Of a stretch of DNA of 64,000 nt, positions 55,770-64,000 are shown piece by piece. The position numbers and the translations under genes were made by a program. This stretch comes from an uncultured Lentisphaerales bacterium (GTDB lineage Bacteria > Verrucomicrobiota > Kiritimatiellia > RFP12 > JAAYLN01), in NCBI GenBank assembly GCA_964599645.1, contig CAZRGQ010000003.1:17565-81564 (forward strand), in the 5' to 3' direction. Below the pieces are notes generated by a model. The model did no database searches, had not been told where the DNA came from, and saw only the letters and a program-made list of their open reading frames with translations. Each line of letters opens with the position of its first letter. Position 1 is the first letter of the stretch.

Positions 55770-56804
55770 CTAAGCCCCTTCAGGCGGTGTGCCGGATTGC
55801 AGGTTGATGGTGGCCCGCACGGTGGTGCCGTGGCCGGGGCGTGAGCTGATCTCGAAGCTGTCGGAGACGCGCTTGGTATTGGGCAGGCCCATGCCGGCGC
55901 CGAAGCCGAGCGAGCGGATCCATTCGTTGGCGGTGGAGGCACCGTCACGGCAGGCCCACTCGATGTCGGCGATGCCGGGGCCGGTGTCGCGGGCGATAAT
56001 CTCGGCGCGGCCATTGACGAGGAGGAAGGTGAGGTTGCCGCCTTCGGAGTGGACGCAGATGTTGAGCTCCAACTCGTAGGCCGCGACGGCAATGCGGCGC
56101 ACGATATGGCGCTCGATCTGCTTTTCAAGCAGCAGCATCTTGATCTCGTTGGCAGCCTTGCCGGCGTTTTCAAAGTTGAGCTTGAGCACCGGATATTCGC
56201 AGAGCATATAGAGACGGTTGCTCTCGTCGGTGCCGACGGCTACATCTTTATAGGCGCGTTCGAGGCGCTCGACCTCGCGGGTCAGCTCATGCAGCAGTAC
56301 CCGGTTGATATCGCGTTGGCTGACGATGCCGACGAGGGCGCGGCTGCGGTTGAGGACGGGAAAGCGGCCATACTTGTAGCGGGCAAAGTAGCGCAGGGCA
56401 AAGGAGATCGGCATATCGTCTTCCAGGACGATAAGGTGGGTCGTCATATGTTTGCCGCAGCTCTCGTCGATATAGCCACCCTCCAGGGCGCGGATGATAT
56501 CGTCGATCGAGACGATGCCGTAGAGGCGTTTGCCTTCGTTGATCGGGATGCCGCTGATATGGTTGGCACGCATCAACTCCTGCGCCTCTTTGAGCGGCGC
56601 TTTGCGCGGAAGGGTAAAGAGCTTGCTGTACATCACATCGCGCACCTTGAGCCGATGGATCATCTCAAGCAGTACGAGGGGAGAAGAGTCGCTTTCGGGC
56701 ACCGCGACCTGACGCAGCGCCTGTTCGGCCAGCACATGTTCGAGCTCCGGCGAGAGTCCCGGCTCCGCCGGGGTCGTGGTGGTGGCGCTGCTGTCAACTG
56801 CCAT
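55770..56804 (-). CDS. CBS-pair plus histidine-kinase-like ATPase (HATPase_c) regulatory protein
   Basis: Two CBS-like modules (…VRDVMYSKLFTL…ANHISGIPIN…; …FARYKYGRFPVLNRSRALVGIVSQRDI…). C-terminal GHKL ATPase motifs (DTGPGIADIE…GAGMGLPNTKR…GHGTTV). Start chosen at the Met giving an 11-nt overlap with the upstream DRTGG gene. Confidence 0.6.
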   Translation of the reverse strand: MAVDSSATTTTPAEPGLSPELEHVLAEQALRQVAVPESDSSPLVLLEMIHRLKVRDVMYSKLFTLPRKAPLKEAQELMRANHISGIPINEGKRLYGIVSIDDIIRALEGGYIDESCGKHMTTHLIVLEDDMPISFALRYFARYKYGRFPVLNRSRALVGIVSQRDINRVLLHELTREVERLERAYKDVAVGTDESNRLYMLCEYPVLKLNFENAGKAANEIKMLLLEKQIERHIVRRIAVAAYELELNICVHSEGGNLTFLLVNGRAEIIARDTGPGIADIEWACRDGASTANEWIRSLGFGAGMGLPNTKRVSDSFEISSRPGHGTTVRATINLQSGTPPEGA

Positions 56805-57147
56805 GCGAGGTCTCACGTTTGAGCTCTTCATAGATGCGGGTGCAGCACTCATATTTGGCGTGCGGTGCCGTGATGAGCGACATCTTGAGCGCTTCGGCCA
56901 CACTCAGCATAGTCGATGGAAGCGGCTTGCCGTTCCCTACCACCACGCCGACGGCACCGACAATCTGGGCCGTACGCAACACCTGGTCGCTGGCCAGCGA
57001 GGTGATCAGGAGGATATCGTCCTGGTCGACGAGCAGGACATCACTCATCAGATCGGAGACGACCACGTGTGCCACGCGGCGTCCGGCACCCTCGCCTTTG
57101 AAAACAAGCTCTCCGTCGAGCAGTCCGGCTACATTGTCAATTGTCAT
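56794..57147 (-). CDS. DRTGG-domain protein
   Basis: 117 aa from internal Met (MTIDNVAGLLDGELVFKGEGAG…). The ORF-track extension to 57279 overlaps rex. Assignment as for 55401..55733. Confidence 0.45.
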   Translation of the reverse strand: MTIDNVAGLLDGELVFKGEGAGRRVAHVVVSDLMSDVLLVDQDDILLITSLASDQVLRTAQIVGAVGVVVGNGKPLPSTMLSVAEALKMSLITAPHAKYECCTRIYEELKRETSHGS

Positions 57148-57820
57148 TATTCTCTCTTTCAGGGGATGTTTCGCGGTTGCTGGCGGAGCGTTCCTGGCGT
57201 TCCGCCATCTCGACCATACAGAACAGCTTTTCGATCTCCATGCGGATGTCGAGGGTCTGTACCAGGCAGTTGCCATCACAACGCAGGTGGGCCGGGGTAA
57301 AGTTCAGCACACCCCGGATGCGGGCGGCACGTATCTGCTCCATGACGCTGGCTGCCGCCTCTTCGGGGACAGAGAGGATCGCGACACTGACCCCGTGCTG
57401 GGCCACAAATTGCGGCAGATCGTGGATATCGTGAATCGGGATGGCGGCGTGGGGGTTGATCACCTGCGGGTTGATATCGAAACCGGCGATGGCGTTGACG
57501 CCGTGGCGCTTGCCGCCATAGGTGCGCAGCAGGGCCGAGCCGATGTGGCCACAGCCAACCACCACCAGTTTGAGATTGCCGCTTACGCCCAGCACGTTGG
57601 TGAGGTGGTCGAGCAGGGCATCGATGTTGTAGCCGCCGCGTTTGGCACCGCGGATACCGTGCAGTCCGAGGTCCTTGCGCACCAGTGAGGCCGAGACACC
57701 GAGGGCATCGGCCAGATTGTCGGAGAAGACACGGGCAAAGCCGAGCGACTTGAGCCGCATCAAAACCGAACGATAACGCGACAGCCGCTCAACAACATTT
57801 TGGGGGATTATCGCTTCCAT
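57137..57820 (-). CDS. rex: redox-sensing transcriptional repressor Rex
   Basis: MEAIIPQNVVERLSRYRSVLMRLKSLG (winged-helix N-domain), GIRGAKRGGYNIDALL, Rossmann VVGCGHIGSALL for NADH binding. Confidence 0.85.
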   Translation of the reverse strand: MEAIIPQNVVERLSRYRSVLMRLKSLGFARVFSDNLADALGVSASLVRKDLGLHGIRGAKRGGYNIDALLDHLTNVLGVSGNLKLVVVGCGHIGSALLRTYGGKRHGVNAIAGFDINPQVINPHAAIPIHDIHDLPQFVAQHGVSVAILSVPEEAAASVMEQIRAARIRGVLNFTPAHLRCDGNCLVQTLDIRMEIEKLFCMVEMAERQERSASNRETSPERENNDN

Positions 57821-57945
57821 GCGCACATTATAACAAATGGCGTGTCATGTTGTCATCGAAAAAAGAGTTATAAGATATTTTGTGACGACAGGCATATTGT
57901 ATAGTAATTTACTTGACAATTAGTGTGTTTATTCTGCTTTTCATG

Positions 57946-57975
57946 CTTGCGGCTTCTGCCCTGCTCTGGCATAAT
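57946..57975 (+). promoter_or_regulatory. candidate sigma70-type promoter for the hydrogenase operon (CTTGCG-N18-TGgCATAAT, extended -10)
   Basis: Read by eye in the rex/hyd divergent intergenic region. Weak -35. No canonical Rex box (TTGTGAA-N4-TTCACAA) was recognisable by eye. Confidence 0.25.
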
Positions 57976-58042
57976 GAACCCAATTTTTAACCACCACTGG
58001 CTGTATGCGCTTTTTCAGCCGGGGTTTACGTGGGAGAGACGC

Positions 58043-58540
58043 GTGAGTAACGAGAAACAAGAGACGACTGCGGTCGAGAAGCTGACGCCTGAGCTGAAAG
58101 AGTTCATTGCGGTTTGGAAGGCGAAGCCGGGAAGCCTGGTAATGATCCTGCACCGCGTGCAGCAGTGTTACGGCTACATTCCGCGCCGTGTGGCCTTTGA
58201 GGTGGCCGATCTGCTGGGGACGCCGCTGGCCAAGATTTATGGTGTGATCACCTTCTACAACTTCTTCAAGCTGAAGAAGCCGGGGCGCAACATCATCCAG
58301 GTCTGCATGGGAACCGCCTGCTATCTGCGTGGTGGCGACGACCTGTTGCTGGAGCTCGAGGAGCGTCTTGGGGTGGCTGTCAACGGCATCACCGATGATG
58401 GCGAGTTTTCACTGGAGGCGGTGCGTTGCCTCGGCTGCTGCGGCCTGGCACCGGTGATGGTGATCAACGGCGAGGTTTACGGCAAGGTCGAGCTGACCGC
58501 CCTGCCGTCGATTCTGGCCAAGTATCGCAAGGCTTCGTAG
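58043..58540 (+). CDS. hydC: NuoE-like [2Fe-2S] subunit of NAD(P)-dependent [FeFe]-hydrogenase (HndA/HydC)
   Basis: Thioredoxin-like [2Fe-2S] cysteine pattern (C-x4-C…C-x3-C region: QVCMGTACYLRGG…VRCLGCCGLAPVM). GTG start preceded by GGGAGAG. The ORF-track start (57923) adds a Cys-rich junk N-terminus. Confidence 0.72.
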   Translation: MSNEKQETTAVEKLTPELKEFIAVWKAKPGSLVMILHRVQQCYGYIPRRVAFEVADLLGTPLAKIYGVITFYNFFKLKKPGRNIIQVCMGTACYLRGGDDLLLELEERLGVAVNGITDDGEFSLEAVRCLGCCGLAPVMVINGEVYGKVELTALPSILAKYRKAS

Positions 58541-58543
58541 TTA

Positions 58544-59143
58544 ATGCATGCGACGATCTGCGACTATCTCGCGGACATCGCACAAAACTCGATTGAGGCG
58601 GGCGCCTCGCTGGTTGAGTTGCAGGTGATTGAGAGTTGTGAGTTTGTGACGGTAGCTGTAAAAGATAATGGCAAGGGCATGGATGACGCCACGCTGGCGC
58701 GCATCTGGGATCCCTTCTACAGCACCCCCGGCAAGCATGCCCGGCGGCGTGTCGGTCTCGGTCTGCCGCTGTTGCGTCAGGCCGTCGAGGCGACGGGCGG
58801 CAACATGAGTCTCAACTCGGTGGCGGGTGAGGGGACGACGGTAGAGTTTGCCTTTGCCAGCGGCCACCTCGATACGCCGCCACTCGGCAATCTGGCCACG
58901 ACCATCGCCGGCTTGATGGGACACGATGGCGACTACGATTTGGTTTTAACACGGCGGCACCGGGAGGCGGAGTATCGCATCTCGCGCCATGAGTTGAGTG
59001 AAGTGCTGGGAGATTTGCGGCTGGCCGGCAATCTGGCGCTGACAATGGAATACCTCCGTTCACAGGAGGAGCATTTGAGGGAAGCAAGCGGCGGGAGTGA
59101 GTCGGATCCGGCACACTACGCCACGCAAGAGGGAGAAGTATGA
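58544..59143 (+). CDS. histidine-kinase-like ATPase (HATPase_c only) protein
   Basis: 199 aa. N-box/G-box-like motifs (IAQNSIEAGAS…VKDNGKGMD…GLGLPLLRQAVEATGG). Commonly interleaved in Hnd/Hyd operons. Confidence 0.55.
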   Translation: MHATICDYLADIAQNSIEAGASLVELQVIESCEFVTVAVKDNGKGMDDATLARIWDPFYSTPGKHARRRVGLGLPLLRQAVEATGGNMSLNSVAGEGTTVEFAFASGHLDTPPLGNLATTIAGLMGHDGDYDLVLTRRHREAEYRISRHELSEVLGDLRLAGNLALTMEYLRSQEEHLREASGGSESDPAHYATQEGEV

Positions 59144-59526
59144 GCAAGTTAACACTGGACGATCTGCGCAAACTGCGCGAAACACAGCAGAAGAGACTGG
59201 CGCTCCGTGATGTGGAGGGCAAGGATGTGCAGGTGGTGGTCGGTATGGGTACCTGTGGTATCGCCGCCGGCGCCAAAGAGACTTTCGGGGCGATCGTCGA
59301 AGAGATCGCTGCCAGGGGGTTGGGCAACGTCATGGTGCGCCAGACCGGCTGCATGGGTCTCTGCCATGCCGAGCCGACGGTCGAGGTGATCGTGCCCGGC
59401 ATGCCGACGATTATCTACGGCGATGTGACCGCTGAATGCGGCCGGAAGATCATCGAACAACATGTAGTAGGGCGCAAGCTGATCGATGGCAAGATTCTCG
59501 ATCGACCGGCCGGCGACATTGTATAA
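59140..59526 (+). CDS. small thioredoxin-like [2Fe-2S] ferredoxin subunit (HndB-like)
   Basis: 128 aa. Cysteines in VVVGMGTCGIAAGA … RQTGCMGLCHAEP pattern. Confidence 0.6.
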   Translation: MSKLTLDDLRKLRETQQKRLALRDVEGKDVQVVVGMGTCGIAAGAKETFGAIVEEIAARGLGNVMVRQTGCMGLCHAEPTVEVIVPGMPTIIYGDVTAECGRKIIEQHVVGRKLIDGKILDRPAGDIV

Positions 59527-59547
59527 CAGGCATCAGGAGCAGCGATC

Positions 59548-61335
59548 ATGGCTTTTAAAAACTATATCCTTATCTGTGGCGGCACGGCCTGCGATTCGGG
59601 TGGCGGATTGGCGCTAACCGACGCCCTGCGCCGTGAGCTCGATCTGGCCAACCTCTCGGCCGATGTGCAGATTGTGCGTACCGGCTGTCTCGGCTTCTGT
59701 GAGCAGGGGCCGATCGTCAAGATGCTGCCCGAGGGCACCTTCTACGTCCAGGTCAAGCCGGAAGATGCCCATGAACTGGTGCAGGAGCATCTCGTCAAGG
59801 GACGCCCGGTCGAGCGGCTGCTCTACAACAAGGAGCAGAGCAAGACCCTCGTCGCCATCGATGGTATCGACTTCTACCAGAAGCAGTTCCGCATTGTCCT
59901 GCGCAACTGCGGCGTCATTGATCCCGACAAGATCGACGAGTATATCGCCCGTGATGGCTACCGCGCCCTGGAGAAGGTGCTCTTCGAGATGACGCCGGAT
60001 GAGGTGCTGGCCGAGCTGAAGCTGGCCGGACTGCGCGGACGCGGTGGCGCCGGTTTCCCCACGGCCGCCAAATGGACTTTTTCAAAGAATGTCGAGGCGG
60101 ATCAGAAGTATATCGTCTGTAATGCCGACGAAGGCGATCCCGGTGCCTACATGGATCGTTCAACGCTCGAAGGCGACCCGCACTCGATTCTCGAAGCGAT
60201 GACGATTGCCGGCCACACCATCGGCGCCTCGATGGGCTATATCTACATCCGCGCCGAGTATCCGCTGGCGATTCAACGCCTCGAAAACGCCATCAAGCAG
60301 GCGCATGAGTATGGGCTGCTCGGCAAGAATATTCTCGGCAGCGACTTCAGCTTCGATATCGAACTGCGCTTCGGTGCCGGAGCCTTCGTCTGCGGTGAAG
60401 AGACGGCGCTGCTCGCCTCAATCGAAGGCAATCGCGGCACACCGCGTCCGCGTCCCCCCTTCCCGGCCGTCAAGGGCCTCTGGGGCAAGCCGACGGTGAT
60501 CAACAACGTCGAGACACTGGCCAATATCCCCGTGATCCTCACCAAGGGTGGCGACTGGTTTAACAAGATCGGTACCGCCACGGCGAAGGGCACCAAGGTC
60601 TTTGCCCTCACCGGCAAGGTGAAACACTCCGGCCTGATTGAGGTGCCGATGGGCACAACGCTGCGCGAGATCATCTTCGAAATCGGCGGCGGTATCCGTG
60701 ATGGGCGGAAATTCAAGGCAGCCCAGACGGGCGGCCCCTCCGGCGGCGTGATCCCCGAGCAATTCCTCGATACACCGATCGACTACGAGAACCTCGCCAA
60801 GATCGGTTCGATCATGGGATCAGGCGGTCTGATCGTAATGGATGAGACCGACTGCATCGTCGACGTGGCCAAGTTCTACCTCGACTTCACGGTTGAGGAG
60901 TCGTGCGGCAAGTGTTCACCCTGCCGTATCGGCGGGCGCACCCTCTACGACTATCTCGACAAGATCAGCAAGGGCGATGGCGAGCCGGCCGATATCAATA
61001 TGATGTTGAGCACCGCCGAGGCGATGCAACGTGCCTCGCTCTGCGGCCTGGGACAGACGGCCCCCAATCCCGTCACCTCGTCGCTGAAGTATTTTCGTGA
61101 AGAGTACCTCGAACATATCAACGGCAAGACGTGCCGCGCCGGCAAGTGTAAAAACCTGTTGCGCTATACGATCGATCCCGACAAGTGCATCGGCTGTACG
61201 GCCTGTGCCCGCGTCTGCCCGGCGAATGCGATTGCCGGTGCCCGCAAGCAGGTGCATGTGATCGACCAGGCAGCCTGTATCAAGTGCGGCCAATGTTTTG
61301 AGGTCTGCAAGTTCGGAGCCGTGTTGCGCTCATAA
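59548..61335 (+). CDS. hydB: NuoF-like NAD(P)H-binding flavoprotein subunit of [FeFe]-hydrogenase (HndC/HydB)
   Basis: 595 aa. N-terminal Trx-like [2Fe-2S] domain, GRGGAGFPTAAKW FMN/NAD site, SLCGLGQTAPNPV [4Fe-4S] site. C-terminal 2x CxxCxxCxxxCP ferredoxin motifs (CIGCTACARVCP; CIKCGQCFEVC). Confidence 0.88.
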   Translation: MAFKNYILICGGTACDSGGGLALTDALRRELDLANLSADVQIVRTGCLGFCEQGPIVKMLPEGTFYVQVKPEDAHELVQEHLVKGRPVERLLYNKEQSKTLVAIDGIDFYQKQFRIVLRNCGVIDPDKIDEYIARDGYRALEKVLFEMTPDEVLAELKLAGLRGRGGAGFPTAAKWTFSKNVEADQKYIVCNADEGDPGAYMDRSTLEGDPHSILEAMTIAGHTIGASMGYIYIRAEYPLAIQRLENAIKQAHEYGLLGKNILGSDFSFDIELRFGAGAFVCGEETALLASIEGNRGTPRPRPPFPAVKGLWGKPTVINNVETLANIPVILTKGGDWFNKIGTATAKGTKVFALTGKVKHSGLIEVPMGTTLREIIFEIGGGIRDGRKFKAAQTGGPSGGVIPEQFLDTPIDYENLAKIGSIMGSGGLIVMDETDCIVDVAKFYLDFTVEESCGKCSPCRIGGRTLYDYLDKISKGDGEPADINMMLSTAEAMQRASLCGLGQTAPNPVTSSLKYFREEYLEHINGKTCRAGKCKNLLRYTIDPDKCIGCTACARVCPANAIAGARKQVHVIDQAACIKCGQCFEVCKFGAVLRS

Positions 61336-61356
61336 TCTGGCCCCTTTCTGGAGATA

Positions 61357-63117
61357 TTGATGAACAAGAAGCTAATTAAGGTTGAGATCAACGGCATTGA
61401 GGTGGAGGTACCTGAGGGTATCTCGGTGCTGAATGCCGCACGCAAGGTCAACGTCAAGATTCCGACGCTCTGCTACCATCCCGACCTCTCCCCCTGGGCC
61501 GCCTGCGGCATCTGCGTCGTGCGGGTCGAGGGCTCGAACAAACTGCTGCGCGCCTGCTGCACCGAAGTGGCGCCCGGCATGAAGATCACGACGCACGATT
61601 CCGACATCGTCAACGTGCGCCGCACTGTGCTGGAGCTGATCCTCAGCACCCACCCCAACGACTGCCTGCAGTGCCCGCGCAACGGCAACTGCGAACTGCA
61701 GAATATCAGCGCCGACTTCGGCATCCGCCACAGTCCCTATATCAACCGGGCCAAGTCGATGCCGCGTGACGAGTCGACCACTTCGATCGTGCTCAATCCC
61801 GAGAAGTGCATCCAGTGCGGTCGCTGCGTGCTCGTCTGCCAGGAGATGCAGAACGTCTGGGCGCTCGAATTTCTCGAGCGCGGCGAGGGAACCCGTATCG
61901 CCCCGGCAGCCGACGTCCAGCTCAACGACTCCCCCTGCATCAAGTGCGGCCAATGTTCGGCCCACTGTCCCGTCGGGGCGATCTACGAGAAGGATGAGAC
62001 GGACAAGGCGTGGGCCGCCCTGCGTGACAAAGAGAAGCACTGCGTGGTGCAGATTGCGCCGGCGGTGCGCGTCGCTATCGGCGAGGCCTTTGGTCTGGAG
62101 CCCGGGGTGTTGCTGACCGGCAAGATCTATGCGGCCCTGCGGCGTCTCGGTTTCCATGCAGTCTTCGACACCAACTTCTCGGCCGACCTCACCATCATCG
62201 AGGAGGGGCATGAGTTTGTCGAGCGCTTTACCAAGCATACGGCACCCCTGCCGCTGATTACCTCCTGCTGCCCGGCATGGGTCGACTGGATGGAGAAGTA
62301 TGCCGTCGATTTCAGCGACAACTTCTCTACCGCCAAATCGCCGCATCAGATGCTGGGCGTTCTGGCCAAGACCTACTACGCCGAGAAGCGCGGCCTCGAT
62401 CCGGCCACCATCCACATGACTTCGATCATGCCGTGCACGGCGAAGAAGTTTGAGATTCAGCGCAGCACCGATATGACCGCCAGCGGCTATCAGGATAACG
62501 ACATCGTGCTGACCACCCGCGAACTGGCGCGCATGATCAAGAGTGCCGGTATCGACTTCCTCAATCTGCCCGATGAGGAGTGCGACTCGATTCTGGGCAC
62601 CTACTCCGGTGCCGGCACCATCTTCGGTGTCACCGGTGGTGTGATGGAGGCGGCCCTGCGTACCGCCTACCACCTGATCACCAAGGAGGAGTTGGCCAAG
62701 GTCGAGTTCAACGAAGTGCGCGGCATGGAGGGCGTCAAGTCGGCCGAGATCGATATCAAGGGCACCAAGGTGAAGATCGCCGTGGCGCACCAGATGAGCA
62801 ACATTGAGCAGGTGCTCAATGTGATCCGCGCCGACCGCAAGGCGGGACGCAAGCCGAGCTTCGACTTCATCGAGGTGATGGCCTGCCGTGGCGGCTGCAT
62901 CGGTGGCGGCGGACAACCGCTCGGTGCCACCGACGTGATCCGTGCCAAGCGCACCCGCGGCATCTATACCGACGACGAACGCGCCAAGGTACGCTGCTCG
63001 CACCAGAATCCCGATATCATCAAGCTCTACGATGATTTCCTCGGGGCGCCACTGAGCGACAAAGCGCACAAGCTGCTCCATACGCACTACGAGAAGCGCC
63101 AGAAATATAAGCTCTGA
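61357..63117 (+). CDS. hydA: [FeFe]-hydrogenase catalytic subunit (HydA/HndD)
   Basis: N-terminal [2Fe-2S] ferredoxin-like and His-ligated cluster region, 2x[4Fe-4S] (CIQCGRCVLVCQE; CIKCGQCSAHCP). H-cluster motifs L1 TSCCPAW, L2 MPCTAKKFE, L3 EVMACRGGCIGGGGQP. Confidence 0.92.
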   Translation: MMNKKLIKVEINGIEVEVPEGISVLNAARKVNVKIPTLCYHPDLSPWAACGICVVRVEGSNKLLRACCTEVAPGMKITTHDSDIVNVRRTVLELILSTHPNDCLQCPRNGNCELQNISADFGIRHSPYINRAKSMPRDESTTSIVLNPEKCIQCGRCVLVCQEMQNVWALEFLERGEGTRIAPAADVQLNDSPCIKCGQCSAHCPVGAIYEKDETDKAWAALRDKEKHCVVQIAPAVRVAIGEAFGLEPGVLLTGKIYAALRRLGFHAVFDTNFSADLTIIEEGHEFVERFTKHTAPLPLITSCCPAWVDWMEKYAVDFSDNFSTAKSPHQMLGVLAKTYYAEKRGLDPATIHMTSIMPCTAKKFEIQRSTDMTASGYQDNDIVLTTRELARMIKSAGIDFLNLPDEECDSILGTYSGAGTIFGVTGGVMEAALRTAYHLITKEELAKVEFNEVRGMEGVKSAEIDIKGTKVKIAVAHQMSNIEQVLNVIRADRKAGRKPSFDFIEVMACRGGCIGGGGQPLGATDVIRAKRTRGIYTDDERAKVRCSHQNPDIIKLYDDFLGAPLSDKAHKLLHTHYEKRQKYKL

Positions 63118-63207
63118 GCCTTTTTAACCACTCGCTGCTACCACTCCGTGGTTGCAGCAAGATGGAAGCGGCTGAAAGGCAAAAGGCCTTAACAGCAAAA
63201 GGCGTGT

Positions 63208-63382
63208 GGGCTGACGCGCTGCGGCGGCAAGGGCCTGCCGCCCTCCAACCCGGCGCATGCGCCGGGGGATGCGTATGCAGCGTGCGCAGCTCCCTGGAGG
63301 GCGGCGCGCCGTCGCCGCCGCAGCACGCACATGCCTCCGATGTCGACGGAATCGACTCTCTCGAAACTGCTCTCCAGCGGCG
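63208..63382. repeat. 175-bp direct repeat, copy A
   Basis: Base-for-base identical to 63500..63674 as read from the sequence. Contains hairpins GGCGGCAAGGGCCTGCCGCC and CCCGGCGCATGCGCCGGG and an ATG (63340). Confidence 0.8.
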
Positions 63383-63499
63383 TCCCCCGGCCCGGCTATC
63401 TGCGGCATCTGCGTTGAAAGGCAAAAGGCCTTAACAGCTCACGGCTCACCATTCACCACTCACTCTGCCTGCCGGTACGGAGCCCGGCGGTCCCGGTGG

Positions 63500-63674
63500 G
63501 GGCTGACGCGCTGCGGCGGCAAGGGCCTGCCGCCCTCCAACCCGGCGCATGCGCCGGGGGATGCGTATGCAGCGTGCGCAGCTCCCTGGAGGGCGGCGCG
63601 CCGTCGCCGCCGCAGCACGCACATGCCTCCGATGTCGACGGAATCGACTCTCTCGAAACTGCTCTCCAGCGGCG
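63500..63674. repeat. 175-bp direct repeat, copy B
   Basis: Identical to copy A. Its internal ATG (63632) opens the glycine-rich ORF running off the window. Confidence 0.8.
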
Positions 63675-64000
63675 CCTATGGCGGTATGAGCGGCAACGGA
63701 GCCAGTCATACCGCGACAGCGCTCCCTTACGGCCTTGCCACAGCGCCATACCTTCCCGGCAGCAGCGGCGGCAACGGCAGACAGACCGGCGGTGGTGCCA
63801 TCCGCATCAGTGCCAACACAATTCGCAACTATGGCATCCTCGATGTGACCGGAGCTCTTGGCGGCGGCTCTTACGGCGGCGGCTCGGGCGGCAGCATCTG
63901 GCTCACCTGTATCAGGTACCGCACCTCTGCCACGAGTGTGACACGGGCTGACGGCGGCGCCAACAACAATAACGAATCGGGTGGCGGTGGTGGACGCATC
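63632..64000 (+). CDS. glycine-rich repeat protein, 5' partial (runs off window end); beta-helix/autotransporter-passenger-like composition
   Basis: Open frame with no stop from ATG at 63632 to base 64000 (MSTESTLSKLLSSGAYGGMSGNG…GAIRISANTIRNYGILDVTGALGGGSYGGGSGGSIWLT…). Start lies inside repeat copy B. The frame is also open further upstream, so the start is uncertain. Confidence 0.3.
   Translation, partial: MSTESTLSKLLSSGAYGGMSGNGASHTATALPYGLATAPYLPGSSGGNGRQTGGGAIRISANTIRNYGILDVTGALGGGSYGGGSGGSIWLTCIRYRTSATSVTRADGGANNNNESGGGGGRI

Noticed and set aside
57913-57935. Perfect TTGACA hexamer upstream of the hydrogenase operon
   Set aside because: The nearest -10-like hexamer (TATTCT) is only 11 bp downstream. 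The alternative CTTGCG-N18-TGgCATAAT arrangement is more plausible, so the TTGACA is probably coincidental.
57827-58042. Search for a canonical Rex operator (TTGTGAA-N4-TTCACAA) in the rex/hyd intergenic region
   Set aside because: Only a half-site-like TTGTGAC and a TGTCAT direct repeat were seen by eye, with no convincing dyad. A PWM scan is needed, so no Rex-box feature was called.

Overview
High-GC (~65%) bacterial chromosomal window. Coding is dense and mostly on the + strand, with many 4-nt ATGA/GTGA start-stop overlaps. Gene content in order:

- **1–4.6 kb:** aromatic and tryptophan biosynthesis genes (DAHP synthase, trpB, trpA), then an ATPase with two tandem ABC nucleotide-binding domains.
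- **4.7–6.4 kb:** an AT-rich island carrying a COG1373/DUF4143 AAA+ ATPase.
- **6.4–12.5 kb:** an addB-addA (AddAB/RexAB-type) helicase-nuclease pair.
- **12.5–14.1 kb:** a decayed stretch with a transglutaminase-like fragment and a YD-repeat fragment.
- **14.1–28.9 kb:** a type IV filament locus (T4P/T2SS-like). It encodes pilin-like proteins, GspL/M-like proteins, a PilT-like retraction ATPase, a GspE/PilB ATPase, a GspF platform protein and a secretin. Two type II toxin-antitoxin modules (DinJ-YafQ; AbrB-PIN) and a second COG1373 ATPase are embedded in it.
- **29.5–41 kb:** sugar, nucleotide and envelope genes: nagA-like, ceramidase-like, FGGY kinase, purE, a Sua5/TsaC-LMW-PTP fusion, a Wzm/Wzt ABC polysaccharide exporter, a GT4 glycosyltransferase, thrS and infC.
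- **41.7–42.4 kb:** pgsA-like gene.
- **42.5–51.3 kb:** a second filament locus with a GspF paralog, seven tandem pilin-like genes and a giant (877 aa) GspK-like protein.
- **51.3–55.3 kb:** two secreted proteins of unknown function.
- **55.4–63.1 kb:** a [FeFe]-hydrogenase cluster. Rex, two DRTGG proteins and a CBS-HATPase protein lie on the - strand. A NuoE-like subunit, a HATPase-like protein, an HndB-like ferredoxin, a NuoF-like subunit and the HydA catalytic subunit lie on the + strand.

The main non-coding observations are:

- A dispersed family of GC-rich composite intergenic repeats occurs at seven or more loci. Its modules are heptamer TGTRAGY microsatellites, CGGCGGCA..TGCCGCC hairpins, a GGAGAG..GCGCCCTACCTT box and a GTTGAAAGGCAAAAGGCC box.
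- A 19-bp perfect palindrome lies upstream of two operons.
- A perfect 175-bp direct duplication at the 3' end carries an ATG that opens a glycine-rich ORF.

No rRNA, tRNA or CRISPR array was seen. The organism cannot be named from sequence alone. The gene repertoire (many prepilin-type proteins, Rex, a bifurcating-type hydrogenase) is reminiscent of anaerobic PVC-superphylum bacteria; this is inference only.
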